DNA of 64,000 nucleotides. Origin: Chlorokybus atmophyticus (taxonomy: Eukaryota; Plantae; Mesostigma and Chlorokybus algae). The position numbers were made by a program, and so were the translations under genes. Within the stretch, counting starts at the first letter, position 1. Each line of letters begins with the position of its first letter. The notes beneath the pieces are model-generated. The model saw only the letters and a program-made list of their open reading frames with translations. It did no database searches and had not been told where the DNA came from. Of this stretch, positions 37,205-50,575 are shown in pieces. The stretch spans positions 284,994 to 348,993 of the forward strand of contig RHPI01000890.1 of NCBI GenBank assembly GCA_009103225.1, in the 5' to 3' direction.

Positions 37205-39402
37205 ATGGCGACCTCCTCCAACGACGTCTTCAAGCAGGTGAAGGCAGACGCTAAGGAGCGGTTGAAGAAGAGCGGCACTGCTTGGAGCCATGGCTTCCTT
37301 AATCAGGCAAGTCGCTTCCCGAGGCGGTGTTCCTGCCTCACGTGTGGCATGACAGCTGCACAGTCAATAAGTACTGAAACTCAGGGTCAAGTTTCTATTG
37401 TCAAGGAGCATGGATTGCATGCAGCCACATCGTTTTATGCGGAATGTGTACTTGACGGCTTTGCACTACTGGGAAGTGATTGTGGGTTATGAGAAGACTA
37501 GCTGGCATGGACAGTTGGCGTGTTTGGTGTTGTGCTTTTGTCGTATCTTTTGCATACCCTGCATGCAAACATGGTACGTGGAGCAGATTATTTGATTTTA
37601 ACTCGCCATATCCTTCTTGTGCAAAGCATGCTGTTTGAGGGGTGCGCAACGTATAACTATGTGCACGGCAGTCGATGGCAAGTTTCATAGTGGCATGCAC
37701 ACTTTTCATTCCTGTTGTTGTCTCCCTGCAGAAAAGCTGGCATCCCGCTAATTTCCGCAACCAGAAGATGCTGTGGATTGCAGAGACCGAGGAGGAGGAG
37801 CAGAAAAAGAAATCTGACGCAGTGTCGCGGGAGTTTGCGCAGGTCAGTAAGCTCTTACTGAAAGCTTGGCGTTTACTGTTCCCGCCGCGCTCAGCAAGCA
37901 GCACTGAATGCCTGATGTTGTTTGCTTGTGCAGGAGCAAGAGTTCCATCGCAACACGCTGCTGCTCAGTGAGAAGGACCGCGCGCGCGTGCTTGAGCAGC
38001 AAGCTGTAGCGTTCATGTACCAGCGACCGCCCGGGTACGATCCCCATGCCGAAGCCAAACCCCCACCTCCTCCACCCAAAAAGTCGATGGTATGCGCACG
38101 TTGAGTTCCTACACACGCCTGGCTGGTTGAGTTTGCTGTGGATTGTCGTTGCGGCGTGTGTCTCACACCTTCAAAGCCGCACAAATATGTTGTCGTGTGT
38201 GTCACGCAGGATGAGATGCGCAATGCTGGTCTGGGCGATCCTTTCGCAGCTGGGCTTGTGCTCAAAGGCAGCACCGCTGCTCAACAACACAAGCGCCAGA
38301 GAGATATGTATGGGCACGCGGTCCCCACAGAGCAGGAGTTTCCTGACCTTGCAAATGCTCCTAAGTGAGTTTGGAACCATGCTCATACGGTGTTGGTCTC
38401 TTTGCTCAACCGGTGCCATGCGTTGGCAAGCACACTTCTCATTGTGGCTTCATCTTGTGTTTCACACATACAGGGCAGAGAGTGCGAAGGCAGTGTCTGC
38501 TGGGCCCGTGCACGTGAAGCCATTTGCTTTGGAGGTGCGCAACGTGCGCTGCCTGCGCTGTGGCGCGTTTGGGCACTCGTCGGGTGATCGCGAGTGCCCC
38601 ATGAGGGACATCAACCCGCTGGATGCGGCCCGCCAACGGTTGGAGGACCCTTTGACGCTAATGAACCGTCAGCAGGATGCAGAGCAGGTAGCATTGCTGG
38701 CCTCAGCCTTGATTATGCAATCGAGGCGCATGTTGCTTGTGATTGCATTGGCTCGGGTTTGCTTGCTTGTTAGTTTATCTGACGTTTTTTGAATTTCAAC
38801 AGTTTGTTTCCTGGTTCCTCGAGACATTGACTACATGAATTTTGAGGCACATTGCCATTGTTAAACATGGTTGGTCTTTGTAGATTCAACGGTGGGAATT
38901 GAAGCATGCCGAGGGCAGGAGCCCAATACGAGGAGGGGCAACAGCAGATGATGAGAATCAACAGTTTGTGGTGCCCGAAGCAGATGAAGAGCTTGGGCCA
39001 GGTATAATGAACTCACTTGCAACTTTTATTCTTTTGCATGGTAGGGATGGTCATACAGAGACGTGATCGCGCCCACACCAACACAACTCATGCGTCTGTC
39101 GTGCAGGTTTCACAGAGGACTTGGTTATCAATGACTATGGACACTTCGCCCTGTCCAACAAGGCACAGAAGCGCCTTCTGAAGGCTTTGAAAAGCGACAA
39201 AGACCGCAAACAGTCAAAGAAGAAACATAGGCGAAAGAAGCGTGATGTCAGCAGCAGCAGCAGCAGCAGTGAGTCTGAAGAGGATAAACGCAGCAATTCG
39301 AAGCACAAGCGTAGGAAGCAACAGCATGGGGACACAGATAACAATGCGGATAGAGCCGAGAAGCACCGGAAGACTAGCAAGCACAAGTCTGGAAGGCATT
39401 AG
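37205..39402 (+). CDS. CIR1: CIR1-like protein (Cir_N domain, CCHC zinc knuckle, Lys/Arg/Ser-rich tail), multi-exon
   Basis: FLNQ|KSWHPANFRNQKMLWIAE (Cir_N), FMYQRPPG, VRNVRCLRCGAFGHSSGDRECP, basic low-complexity C-terminus with stop at 39402. Confidence 0.85.
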
Positions 39403-40080
39403 AGCACAATGTGAAAGGACAGTGCGAGATGCCGCAACCTTCTGATGTCGTAGAGCACCGGTGCAGACGCTGATTGGGTTCCTGATGGGATAGGAAGCAG
39501 CAGGATGGGCTAGGACACCTACCACCACCATGCATAAGGCACGCACACGAAGACTGTGGTCGGCCTGATATGTGAAACTTTCTGACACTGTTAGTCAAGG
39601 CAACATGCACAGAGTTGTAACAAGGCATGTGTTTATTGTTATGTGCGCCAAGCACAAGGCACACAACATACGGTGGTTGCATGATGATGACAGGCCTTGT
39701 GCGTTGCCCACCTTATGATGATCGTGCAGGCTTATGCGATAGCAACAACTCTTTGACAGTGTGCAGCGTGTGTATGTTCATATACTTATGTGATAGCACT
39801 GCTGTCACAGCAGCCAGCCGACGCCACTAAACATGCGTGCAAACAGTCGAGCATGCATGCAACACCTCAAGCAATCACTTCCTATCAAATGGTGCCAACT
39901 GCTCGATCCCACAGTGTCAAAGAGCATTGCCAAGTACAAGTTCATGGGTGCCTACTGGTACTCACATGCATGGGTGCCAATAGCGTCGCAACAGGCACAG
40001 CAATGCGTGACATGCTGTGACTGTAGTGCTGCCAGTGAAGTGGTGGTGCAGTGCTCAAAAGATGGTACAAGCTGTGCCAC

Positions 40081-43000
40081 CTAGTCAATCCATATGATGT
40101 TGTTCATCAGCGCCCATTCCCCGGTAGTGCGTGCATTTCTGTCAACCAGCCAGTTGCCATTCTCTACGAACTTGTACTGGTGCTCACCCTGCATGCGTGC
40201 ATGTAAACATGGATTAGTCCACTTTATTGCCAGTGCGCTGACACAGCGGAATTGCTTGCGAGCATGTGCATGAGTTTACCGGAGTGAGATGCATTGACAG
40301 CGTCCATCGGTTGCCCTCATTGTGCATCGGAGTGGGATTCCAGTTGTTGAAAGACCCGGCCAACTGTACGCTGCCGGCGCCCTCAGCATGCCACACAAAC
40401 TCTACAACACGCCCTGTGCAACACAATACTTGTGAGCACATGTGCTGTCTCAACCTGATAATGACAGCGACACGCGACCAACACCAACTGCACGCGGCCA
40501 CATACCAGCCGGCTGTGGTTCTGGCTCCGGCTCGGGCTCGGGCTCAGGAAGTGGTTCAATTGCGGGCTGAGAGACCGTCTCTTCCTCCAACAGATCAGCA
40601 GTGCTCGTAACTGTATCAGACTCAGGCAACTCGGCGATGGACGCCACAAGCGGCCTTTCTGGAAACTCTGGTAGCGGTTCATCCTCACCAGGAACGCTCA
40701 TCTGTGGACATACATGCAGAAGGCCATGAGTGTAGGCACTTCAGAGAGCTGGTAACCATGCTGAGCCACATACTTGGTCCAGTGCAGTTACTATGCTCTT
40801 CACAAAGTCATCGTCGCCATCCAGCATGCCCATCAACTCCATGACCTCCAGTTTCTGCAGCATGTCCGCCATCTTCTCCTTCTGCACTGCCGCGTCTTCA
40901 TGGCTGGGGGCAAGTTCGGGCTCGCTGTTCTCCTCTGGCCTGTGCAGGTTGGCGCGCAGCTCCTTGACGCTCTCGAGGGCCTCCTTCGCCACATACAACT
41001 TTTCTGATAGCAGATCCGCAGCTTCAAGTGCCACCGGCTCTTCCGCCTTGGCTTTCAGCTGCTCCAAAAGCGGCATAGCCTGTCAATGCAGCAGCCATGA
41101 GTCACAACGACAACTCGTGTTGTGTGGGCTTTGCGGCCGACATTGCATTAGTGTACATTCATGTCTGATCCATGACACCAGTTTATGCGGCCACAATGTT
41201 GAGCACCACCTCCGAGTCAGCAATGTCCTGCAGGCTATTGCTGGCAGCGAGCTGAGCCGCAGTCGTCTTGACATCGTCGTCGTCATCATCATCATCCCTA
41301 ACATCTTCTTCTCCATCCGGCGCAGAAACTTTGGTGAGCTGCTCACTCTCCGCCGGCTCCACCGGGGTCACTTTGATTCCCAGCTGCTTCACAAGCGACA
41401 TAGCCTTTTCCAACAACTGCATGCATAAAGCTTTGGTAAGCTTTGGTAAGCTTTGGTAAAGTCACGAGCAAGACCGCCGTTAACACATCTGCAATAACTT
41501 GCACACACCTCTCGCTCGGTGTCCACCATGTCCAGGAGATCTTCCACCGCATCAGCCACAGCCTTGCGATTTGCGGGCGACTCCTCCGGAAACTCGTCAT
41601 CAATGTCCTCGTCCAAATCAGACGGCTGCAGTGCCTCATCTTTGGCTTTGACCTCCGCTACAACACCTAACAGGCAAAGTTGCAGCGAGCATTGTTGGTG
41701 TGGCAGGCAGGTTAGGCTGTAAACAGGGAGGAAGTCACTAACATCTCCTTTACAACCAAACTTGCTTTGACCACATCAGGGCCCAATTTTGTACCTGCAG
41801 TTGCGTCCTCATACCCGTCTTCCCCAGGTCGGATGATGGGCCGCGGTCCACCAATGTCTTTGACAATCTTCATTGCCTCGGCCAAGAGATCTTCCTCACC
41901 CTTGACGTGATCTGTTTCGTCCGCTGAGGACGGGTCCCACTCTATCTCCTTCGGTGTTTCAACTCGTGCACGCTGCTCATCATCGTACTGTTGCTGCACT
42001 ATCTTGTTGTTGGCAATCAAGGCCATCGCTTCAGCAAGCAGCTCCTCCTCAGTCTTGACACTTGTGCCGCTTTGCTGCGTTTGCTGCTTGGTTTCAAGTT
42101 GCTGCACAAGTTTGAGTCCGTTTGCAAGCTGCAATTCGTCCTTCCAACTCGCGTCGTACACGTCATCGCCTTCCTCCTCCTCACCTCCTACCACCCACTC
42201 TGCTGGGTGTGAGTTCTCGCTGCCCACAGCATTGTACTCAACCTGCAGCACGCTCACAATCAGCCAAAATGCCTGCACACGAGAGCATGCAGTTTTTTTC
42301 GCACTGAATGCAGCTACCAGTGTCCAAGAGCATCTCATCTTTAGCAAACCTGTGGTAAGGAGGATGCAACGGACGCCTTGGCATGGTGTTTTCTGTCTTT
42401 GTCCGCCTTGCTGGCTGCCGTCTGGGCAACAAATGCCTCATGTCGCGCACGAGCGCGCGCGACAAGTTCCGCCTCCCTGGCTTCATCCAGCTTGCTCTTG
42501 ACAGCGCTCGCGCCGGCCGCGGCCAGAGCCACACCCACGCCAACAAGAGCAACCACGCCAGCAGACGAATCATTTTGACTCTGCACACGCGGTTTGTCAC
42601 AACTCGACACCATTAGACACAATGCGCATGCCTGGAGCGGACTGACTGACCTTGTTGCCAGCTGGCTTGGTTACTGATGGGCGAGTTACGCTCGGTGCTG
42701 TGACGCTACCTGTAAAACCAGAGTGCAAACTTCTTGAACAATGCAGTTGTGCTGAACATTTAAAACACTTTCCAGCTGTCATGTATTATGACTCATGATG
42801 CGACATTATGCATGCGGTGAGCTGATGGCTGAATACATAAGTTGCCGTGCACGTACTGGTTGCAGACAGAAAGGGAGGCGCAGTGCGATTTGCTGGCGTG
42901 TTTGTTGCTTGTACTACAAGCGGAGTATCGCAATCCGGCACCTCCACCTTGCAAACTGCGGGCTCTGCCTGCATGACAGACATTTGGTCTGTTACTGTGC

Positions 43001-43523
43001 CATTGCATTCATCTGGTTCAACCTTCACTGGAACACCAGACTGTCTTTACAATGCAGCAAACTTCTACATAACCACAATGCACACGTGCTGCTACATGTT
43101 CGAGCCATACAAGAACATGCTCTAAAAGGGTAAAGCCCATCACCAACTGCCATGCATGTCAAGTTCAGTAGCAGCAACTGACAAATGTGGCGCATGCATG
43201 CACACACAGCGTACGTTGCATTGCGCGGCGGCGAGCACCAGCGAGACAGCGGCGGCAGTGCTAGCAACGAGCAGCCCAAGACCACGTCTGCCGTGGCTTG
43301 GCGTGGAGGTGGAGGTGGAGCAGTCCTGATCTCGTGGCCTGGAAGCTTCCGCCCGGCACACAGCAGCAGCAGGCGCCCGCGAGGCAGGCGCCCTGCAGCT
43401 GCCTGTGCTGCTGCAGGCGCGCCTCTTCTGCTGCTTGCTTCTCCTGCCTGGTGGTGCATGCGGCCAGCTGCCCAGAAGCACCCGCACGTCCGCCGAGGCC
43501 GAGGCCGAGGCCGACCGCTCCAT
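40081..43523 (-). CDS. Multi-exon protein with C-terminal CBM48/AMPK1_CBM-type starch-binding domain, acidic coiled-coil region and hydrophobic segments; 5' end uncertain
   Basis: Last exons VEFVWHAEGAGSVQLAGSFNNWNPTPM...WTLSMHLTP|GEHQYKFVENGNWLVD...NNII-stop (40081). Acidic exons 40740-42240. Hydrophobic VVALVGVGVALAAAGASAV. Putative transit-like first exon from ATG at about 43523. Confidence 0.7.
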
Positions 43524-44457
43524 GCCTGCCCTCCTGACGCACAAACAGGGAGAGGATATGCTCGTCTGCATGCAACTACAGCAAAGACGACGACAATGGC
43601 AACCATGACAACGACGACGACCACCACCACGATCGCAAAGGCGATGAGCGGGGAGCCCAGCATGCCTCCAATGCTGTTCCCGCAGGTGCAGCACACAAAC
43701 ATAGCTTCAGTGGCCACAGCGCGGCAAGTGAACTCACCTGCGAAGGCACAGCGCTCCTGCGTCCCCGAGCTCTTACTCCTCCGTCCTGCCAATGCCTCCC
43801 GCGGGCCGGGGGACGACCCTGGCGACACCGCCGACAATACCGCCACGGCAGCCTTAGTTCCAGCGCCCCAACAAATATCGGGACCACCGTTTTGTTTTGT
43901 TTCGCACTATCGACAGGCCTATAGGCGGGCTGTACCGTATAGGTAGGCCCGTGATTCACATAGACCGTCGGCGATGCTGTCAATGCATATGCGTGTACGA
44001 AGGTATGTCTACAGCCAGTTCGTAATGGGTATTACCCGAGAGGCCGGGCAATTCACGCAATCTTCGCCTCGAGCGTAGCGAGAGGCAAATGTTGCGTGAA
44101 TTGACCAGACTCGAGGGGAACACCCCGCGAATCGGCATGCCGAGGCGAGTGATCCCCTGCCATTTTGCCTCGATATCGGCAACCTTCTCCGATATTCAAT
44201 ATCTGAGCGCTTTGCGTCACCGGACGAACCGGCACTAATAGCCCCGCGGCCGGTCTACCAATCAATTATGCGGAGGGTGCCCTGTCGGCCGATGCCGGAG
44301 CACGCGGGTGACAATAGGAGCAAACTGTGAGAAGCCGGTGGGTGACCGGTAGTGGCGCAGTCACCACCGTCACCCACGTGGCCTGTGCGCCGAACGTATT
44401 AGCACACACACAGCTCATGCCCACCCGGGGAGGCAATGAGCAAATCCATTGTGAAAT

Positions 44458-44763
44458 TGTGACATTCACATAAGCACGCCATGCAGCATTCACTCAAGTT
44501 TCAGAAGTCATTCTTGTATTTAAGGTGCTTGAAGAGAAGGCGGCTCCCGGGCTCCTACAAGTGAGCTGCCGAACTACCTTTATACCCTTGTCACTGGTCT
44601 TATCCAGCTAGGCATGCAATAACAAATAAGCTTATTAACCACTATTTGATTGATAATGCAACTACTATACGCTGGCATAGCCACACTAGGGCATCTTCCC
44701 TAGCTATTTACAGCCATTTCCTGCAGTAAGACCCGTGGCTAACTGCCTTTTCATGCGATCACA
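44458..44763 (-). repeat. Candidate single 3' LTR of the gypsy element
   Basis: On the minus strand it starts TGTGA and ends TCACA and contains TATAAA. No adjacent polypurine tract and no second copy. Confidence 0.25.
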
Positions 44764-45248
44764 TGGTTAAATAAATAACCAACATTATTTTAACTACATC
44801 AACACCTACTGGCCGTTGATGCAGCACCTCCTCGCCGTCTTCATCGCACGGTCGTCACGCTCCGCGCACGGTCTTCATCGTTGTGTCGTGATTGGACCAC
44901 GCGGCCTGGTCACTGTCTCGCTGCCGGGCACCCGTCTGGTACCCACAGCTGTGAGAAGCCCCTCCCCACCAACACAAAAACCCACCTGGGTTTTGCTAAA
45001 GAAATTTTCACATAAATCTAGGGAATCCAGTAAACCCAGCAAACATTGCAGTAGGAGCCTGAGGTTGCACATTGAGCGATCCTGGCAACAGCGCGATTAG
45101 CACTCCTTCCGGGTTTCTCGGCCTCAATTTCGGCCTTTCCTCATGTTGCCAGCCGCGAGTCGCAGGGCCGTCGATCTTATCCGATGGTCACCATAAGTTC
45201 GCGCGGCTTGCGAATCATGGCGCCGCGGAAGGCCCTTCCTGGGCCTTT

Positions 45249-47238
45249 CTAGGCCCTGTTTGCAGCGTCAGCTGCGCCCCTAACTTTGAAGGGGGTAATT
45301 CTCTCCACATGCACTGTTTCTTGCTTCAAAGAAGCTATGTGCTCAACCAAGATAGTTGTTTTGGCCGTGTTGCATATCTCTTTGATCACATAACCTCCTT
45401 TCCAATTGCCAGTAGCCCCTGCTGCTCTGGGACCGGTTCTCAGCATCACAGTTTGCCCAACCTGCAACCATGTTAGTTGAGTTGGGTCAAGTGGCTGCTT
45501 CCTTTTTGCAAAGTCCTCAATCTGTTTCTGCTGAGCTTGCTCAATATTCACCAGAGCTCGATCATAAAGCCTGCTCACAGAATCTTGGCGTTTCAGCAGC
45601 AATGCAGCTAAGTCCGCCTCTCCCATTGTGGCATAATCCAACTCCTCTATCTCTGAGTTGCTGACTACATTATTAAGCTGAAGCTTGGGGTCTCTGTGAT
45701 ACACCATCTTGAACGGTGTCACGCGAGTGCTGCGTTGCTTGGTTACACGGTAGGTGAACAGCACTTGTTGCAAATTCTGCTCCCACCGGTTTCCCACCAT
45801 GCTTTTGAACAATGCCAACTTCACTGTCCCATTTATTCTCTCAACCAACCCATTTGTTTGCGTGTGGTAAGCGCCTGAGTTGACGTTCTCAATATTGTAG
45901 CGTGACAGCAAGTCTTGCACTTCACTGTTGAGAACCTCTTTCCCATTGTCACTCTGAATGATAGTGGGAACACCATGACGGCAGATGATGTCCTCAAGCA
46001 GAAACTGGCGCACATGAATGCCCTCCTTTGAAGGAATTGCCTTTGCCTCGACCCATTTGGTGAGGTAATCAATGGCCATGACAATGTACTTGTTGCCCTT
46101 TACTGTCTCAGGCAATGGTCCAATCAAATCAATTCCCACTCTGTGAAAGGCTTCCCCAGTTACTTTGATTGGATGCAAGGGAGCAGGCTCACGGGATGTA
46201 CGCCGGTGCTCTTGGCAACTCTTGCAAGAGTTCACATACTCTGTCACTTCCTGAGTCATCCCATACCAGAAGAATCGAGGGCGCAACATTTCAAGCACCT
46301 TGCCAGCACTTGAGTGATGCATGTTGTCGTGATGCATCTGGATAATACCACGCCTCAGACTCTTAGGTGGAACTCTGCGAGTCACCATCTGTGGCTGATC
46401 ATCCCCATCATAAGTGCTTCTCCCCTTCTTGTTGCCAGGCCTGGTCCAGACCTCACTGCCTTTCATTGCAAAGCCTTTGGCTCGCTTGCGTACTCGCCTC
46501 CTTTCTTGCTTTGACAATGCTTTGATGCTGGATGGGTCCTTCAAGTATGTGAGCAACACCTGATCATCCATCACATCTTTAATGGGCTTGCCAGCTGAAA
46601 GTTTTAATGGGGGTAAAGTTTGCGCTTCAACTAAAGCCTCCACTATGTCCTCCCCTTCAACATCGTGGCTCACCTGAGCCACAAGGCTTGGCATAGTGTC
46701 TGATTCAGCAACGTCCTCCCCCTCAGTGCATGTCTCAAGTGCCTCCTCTTGTGCCTCATTGCCGAGGTCAAGCTCATCAGAAGACATCCCCCCCACACGC
46801 ACTACCTCTTCTTCAGCAGTGTACAAGTCCGGAGGATTGCGGCTCAGCGCATCCACATGGTCGTGGTTCTTGCCAGGCTCATACTCCACCACAAAGTCAT
46901 ACTCCTGCAGCTTGAGTGACCATCTGGTGAGCTTGCCCGTAGGATCAGCCGTATTCATCAACCATTTTAGAGGGCGATGATCCGTCACCACCGTGAAGGT
47001 TGTACCATGCAGGTAGTGCCTCCACATCTCCACACTCCACACGATAGCGAGGCACTCTTTCTCAGTTACACTGTAGTTTCGCTCAGCCTTGTTGAGCATC
47101 CGGCTGGCATAAGCTACAACATACTCTTTATTGTCCACACGCTGTGACAATATAGCTCCCAAGGCATAGTCTGAGGCATCCGTCATCACCACAAAAGGCA
47201 TATCCAGATCTGGCCTCCTCAATACTGGAGCAGTCGTC
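45249..47238 (-). mobile_element. Ty3/gypsy LTR retrotransposon pol fragment (RNase H + integrase), 5'-truncated
   Basis: Open 657-aa frame: PVLRRPD...VMTDASDYALGA...YSVTEKECLA...TDHRPL (RNase H), H...HH...RFFW...CKSCQ (zinc finger), GIDLIGP / QSDNGKE / NGLVERING (DDE). RT, protease and gag are absent because the frame breaks at about 47239. Confidence 0.95.
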
Positions 47239-47393
47239 GCAATATGTTTTCCCCTGCCGGCCGACTAAATATTGGCAACGGTCGTGCATCTGAGGACGCT
47301 AATTTAGACTGTCGTGGCTCAGGCCACCTGTAATCTTGATACAGGGACCTAATAGTAACTTTCGTTACTGTAAGGCCCTTACTGTTACGATTT

Positions 47394-47712
47394 AGTCTTT
47401 AACAGTTGACTTTGCCTAAGTAACAGGCGCCTGTTAGTTACCTATCAGGCCTTAACAGGTGACTTTATAGAATGAACAGGCACCTGTTAGTCACACACCA
47501 GGCCTTAACAAATGACTTTGTGTAATTTACAGGCAACTGTTAGTTACAAATCGGGCCTTATTAGGTGACTACAACTAATCAACGGGCACCTGTAAGTTAC
47601 ACATCAGTATTACTTAGGTGACTCAGCCTATGTGACAGGCACCTGCAGGTTACACACCAGTCCAGCACAGGCGACTAAGCATAATTCACAAGCACCAACT
47701 AGGTAATTATCG
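47394..47712. repeat. Tandem array of about 6 diverged 53-bp units with a palindromic core
   Basis: Units start at 47447, 47500 and onward with period 53. Core TAACAGGC(G/A)CCTGTTA is a perfect 16-bp palindrome at 47421-47436. Confidence 0.9.
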
Positions 47713-48089
47713 ACAAAATAAGGCATTTTTTAACAACTGAAGGTGACTAATGCCTAACTGTCGTCATATGTATTGCATAGCTTGACTACACGCGGCTGTC
47801 ACTGACTTCCAGCATTGTTATGTGCATGTGCTGTGTACATGTACCTGAATTGTGTACAGTGTCTCTCAGTCACTTGCCAAGGCTTGTAGTTCGATTATGT
47901 GACTCGAATGCAGTTCTGTTGTATATCATAGGGATGCAAGTATTGATGTGCATGAGCATAATGACGATGGATTGAGCTGGTTTAAGATGCACAACACTCA
48001 GTCACAAGAGCCTTGTAGCTATGTACACTACCAGCTAAACGGACTACCAACTGCGCTACAGCTCCTCTCCATCATCGCTTTGCTCGTCA

Positions 48090-49950
48090 TTACAGAACAA
48101 AGCACCACGCGCTGGCCTGTGGAGGAGACGCCGGAGCTTGCTCTTCCTCCTCAAACGGTAGTGCCAGCCAATCAAATGCCGCTTTTGCCTCAGCGAGCAG
48201 GTCACGAGCTGCTGTGTCTTGCGGCCGGCGCCGATTGGGATCTTTCAGGTATTCGACACAAGATGCAGTGCGGCGTTTCACAAGGGTGAATGGCTGGAGG
48301 GCTGCGTACCGTTGCCTCATCTCCCACTTCATTGACATAATCATGGTGTTGATTTCGCTGAGGTACTCTTCATGTGTGTCTATGCTGGCAGCTAGGAGAG
48401 GGTCTCCATCCTTGCCGTTTAGGATGCGCTCCACCTGCGTAGTTTACAGGCATGTCTTAGTGGCATCGAAAGCCACTATTCACTGCAACGCGTTTGCAAG
48501 CCTGTAGTTTGGGGCTACAGCATTCCTGAATTGGTAATGCTGGAGTTCAGAGTGCTCACCGTAAGCAACAGGTATGCGAGGTGGTTGACTGTCAGCTGCC
48601 GGCGACCAGGTGTAGTGACGGCGTAAGACCAGCATTGCACGATCATTTGCCAGATTATGGGATTGCCCCATTCATGGATGTATCTCCTCCGCTCCGGGTC
48701 TGCAGTGTCGGTCACCTCAAATCTCCGCCATGACTTGTCTGCGACAGTCATACCGACAAGGCATTAGTCACGAAATAGATAGTTCAAGTTGAGCCTGCAC
48801 CAGGCTAGAATAGTGCCTGTGACTTACTTTGGAGCGCGTTGCGCATCTGGGCTTTTTGGGTCTCGGGGTCCATTAGGGCGTCGATGTGCCTGATTGAATC
48901 GGTTACAATAGGCGAGATGAGTACGTGTGTATGGAGGCTGAGTAAGAAGGCAGTGTTGCATAGCAGACATGGTGGTGAGGGACCCAACTCACTTGCGCTT
49001 GTTGCTGTTAAACAGTGTCCACTTGTACTCCTTCTCAAGGACATGCTTGATCTTGGTGACGTTCTCAGACCGGACCTGCGTAGCTTTCTTCAGGGCGACA
49101 CTCCAGTGGAAGGGGCACTCCATGGGAGTCCAGTACACCTCATAGAACTTGGCCGCATCGGCCTCGTCGTCATGGTCGAAGCCAACTACCTGTCGCGGGC
49201 AGGTTGGTCAGTGTCACGGTGCAGTGCGGTCATGAAGCATTTACAGCACCTGACACATGACGTTACGAATAGTGTCCTCCTTGGGATAAACGTGGCTCTC
49301 CACCTAGTGGCCGTTTATGATTTCAACGACGGCATCTCGCAAATGCTGTCCACAGAAGAACAATCCGTTACACACATGCACACAGTGTCACAGTGTCACA
49401 CAGTGCTTACCTCCTTGCCAATCTTCCACTTGCTTGGGGAAGGGTTGCTGACGGCCGAGGTTGCCACGTCACGGCCAAATGCGTTTGGGTTGGGGGTTCC
49501 AATCGACCCTCTGCAAGCACAACCACATGAGCCATGCTGCCAGCCAAGAAAGATGCAACCCTCACAGTTGCAAAAGAAGAACAACGTGCACAGTGTATCC
49601 AGAACGCATGCAGTGAGTCACTGTGCTAGTCATGATAGAAGCAAGCATCCAAGTTAGAAGTTGAGCAAGAAGCAACGTGCACAGTGCATCAAGAACGCAT
49701 GCAGTCTAGCTTGCCCTTGCGACTGCGGTGTCAGGTGGAGTTGTTGTGATGTGCTGGGCGTTAGCGCGGGGTCTTGCTGCGATTGGTTGGCGACGGTTGC
49801 CTGGTTGAACACTGGGGGCAATGTGGACAACTGGCGCCGACCTCCACGACGAGGTGCACTTACGGATGGACCACGAGGCATCTCTCCAACTCATAGTCGG
49901 GTGCCGCCTGTTTAGCTGTAAGTGGCGCTGCCGCCTCCAACGCTGCCGCC
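48090..49950 (-). CDS. Possible spliced gene of unknown function (likely TE-borne)
   Basis: Coding-like open segments with GT-AG boundaries (e.g. ...QVVGFDHDDEADAAKFYEVYWTPMECPFHW..., SWRRFEVTDTADPERRRYIHEWG, EYLSEINTMIMSMKWEMRQRY). No family or start codon identified. Confidence 0.35.
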
Positions 49951-50056
49951 GCCGGTTGGCCCGCCCGAATGTATGAGGCGTGAAAACGAAAATGAGGCGG
50001 TTTTAAACGTCTAGAGTCCCGCACTAGAGTCGCATTTGTAGTGCGTCCTTGCTCCT

Positions 50057-50480
50057 ATGGTTGATGGTACGACTTATGCATTCGTGCCATGCATGCTTCG
50101 TACAACCATTGTTACACACGGATTGACGTTCGGGGACCATGCATGGTCCTTCCACGGACCCCGCGGGCCATACATGGTCCGTCCCCGCGGACCACGAGTG
50201 TCTGGTCCGCGAGGGACGGACCGTCCATGGTCCTTTTGGGGCCCCAATATCTGGCGCGCAGTCGCGCACCACATATGGTCCGTGCCGCACCTTGTATGGT
50301 GCGGCACGGACCAGTACTCTACGCTGGTTCCTGGATGCGGACCAGGAGTTGGCCCGCGGCTCAGCGGCCCGGCAGCCGCGCACCGTACATGGTCCGTGCC
50401 GCACCATGTATGGGGCGGCATGGACCAGCAATGTTGCTGGTTGGCGGCCCTGCAGGGCGCGCTACACGTGTACCATGACT
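50057..50480. repeat. Array of GGACC-N6-GGTCC-type 16-bp palindromes; inverted homology to 60872-60963
   Basis: GGACCATGCATGGTCC at 50134-50149 plus about 6 variants. ACAACCATTG-TTACACACGGATTGACGTTC..GGACCAT..ATGGTCC recurs in inverted orientation at 60872-60920. Confidence 0.8.
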
Positions 50481-50575
50481 GAAGTATCGTTATTGCATGT
50501 ACGAGTACATAGGTACATTGTGTGTATCATCATTTGATAAATGACAGGCCGCACCGACTGTCGCCGCTTACCATA

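Noticed and set aside
41425-41460. AAGCTTTGGT x3 repeat
   Set aside because: Ordinary intronic slippage repeat.
47394-47712. CRISPR-like repeat-spacer appearance of the 53-bp array
   Set aside because: Repeats are degenerate, linkers are short and mutually related, the context is eukaryotic, and there are no cas genes.
48839-49657. 272-aa plus-strand ORF
   Set aside because: Looks like the antisense shadow of minus-strand exons; no motifs.
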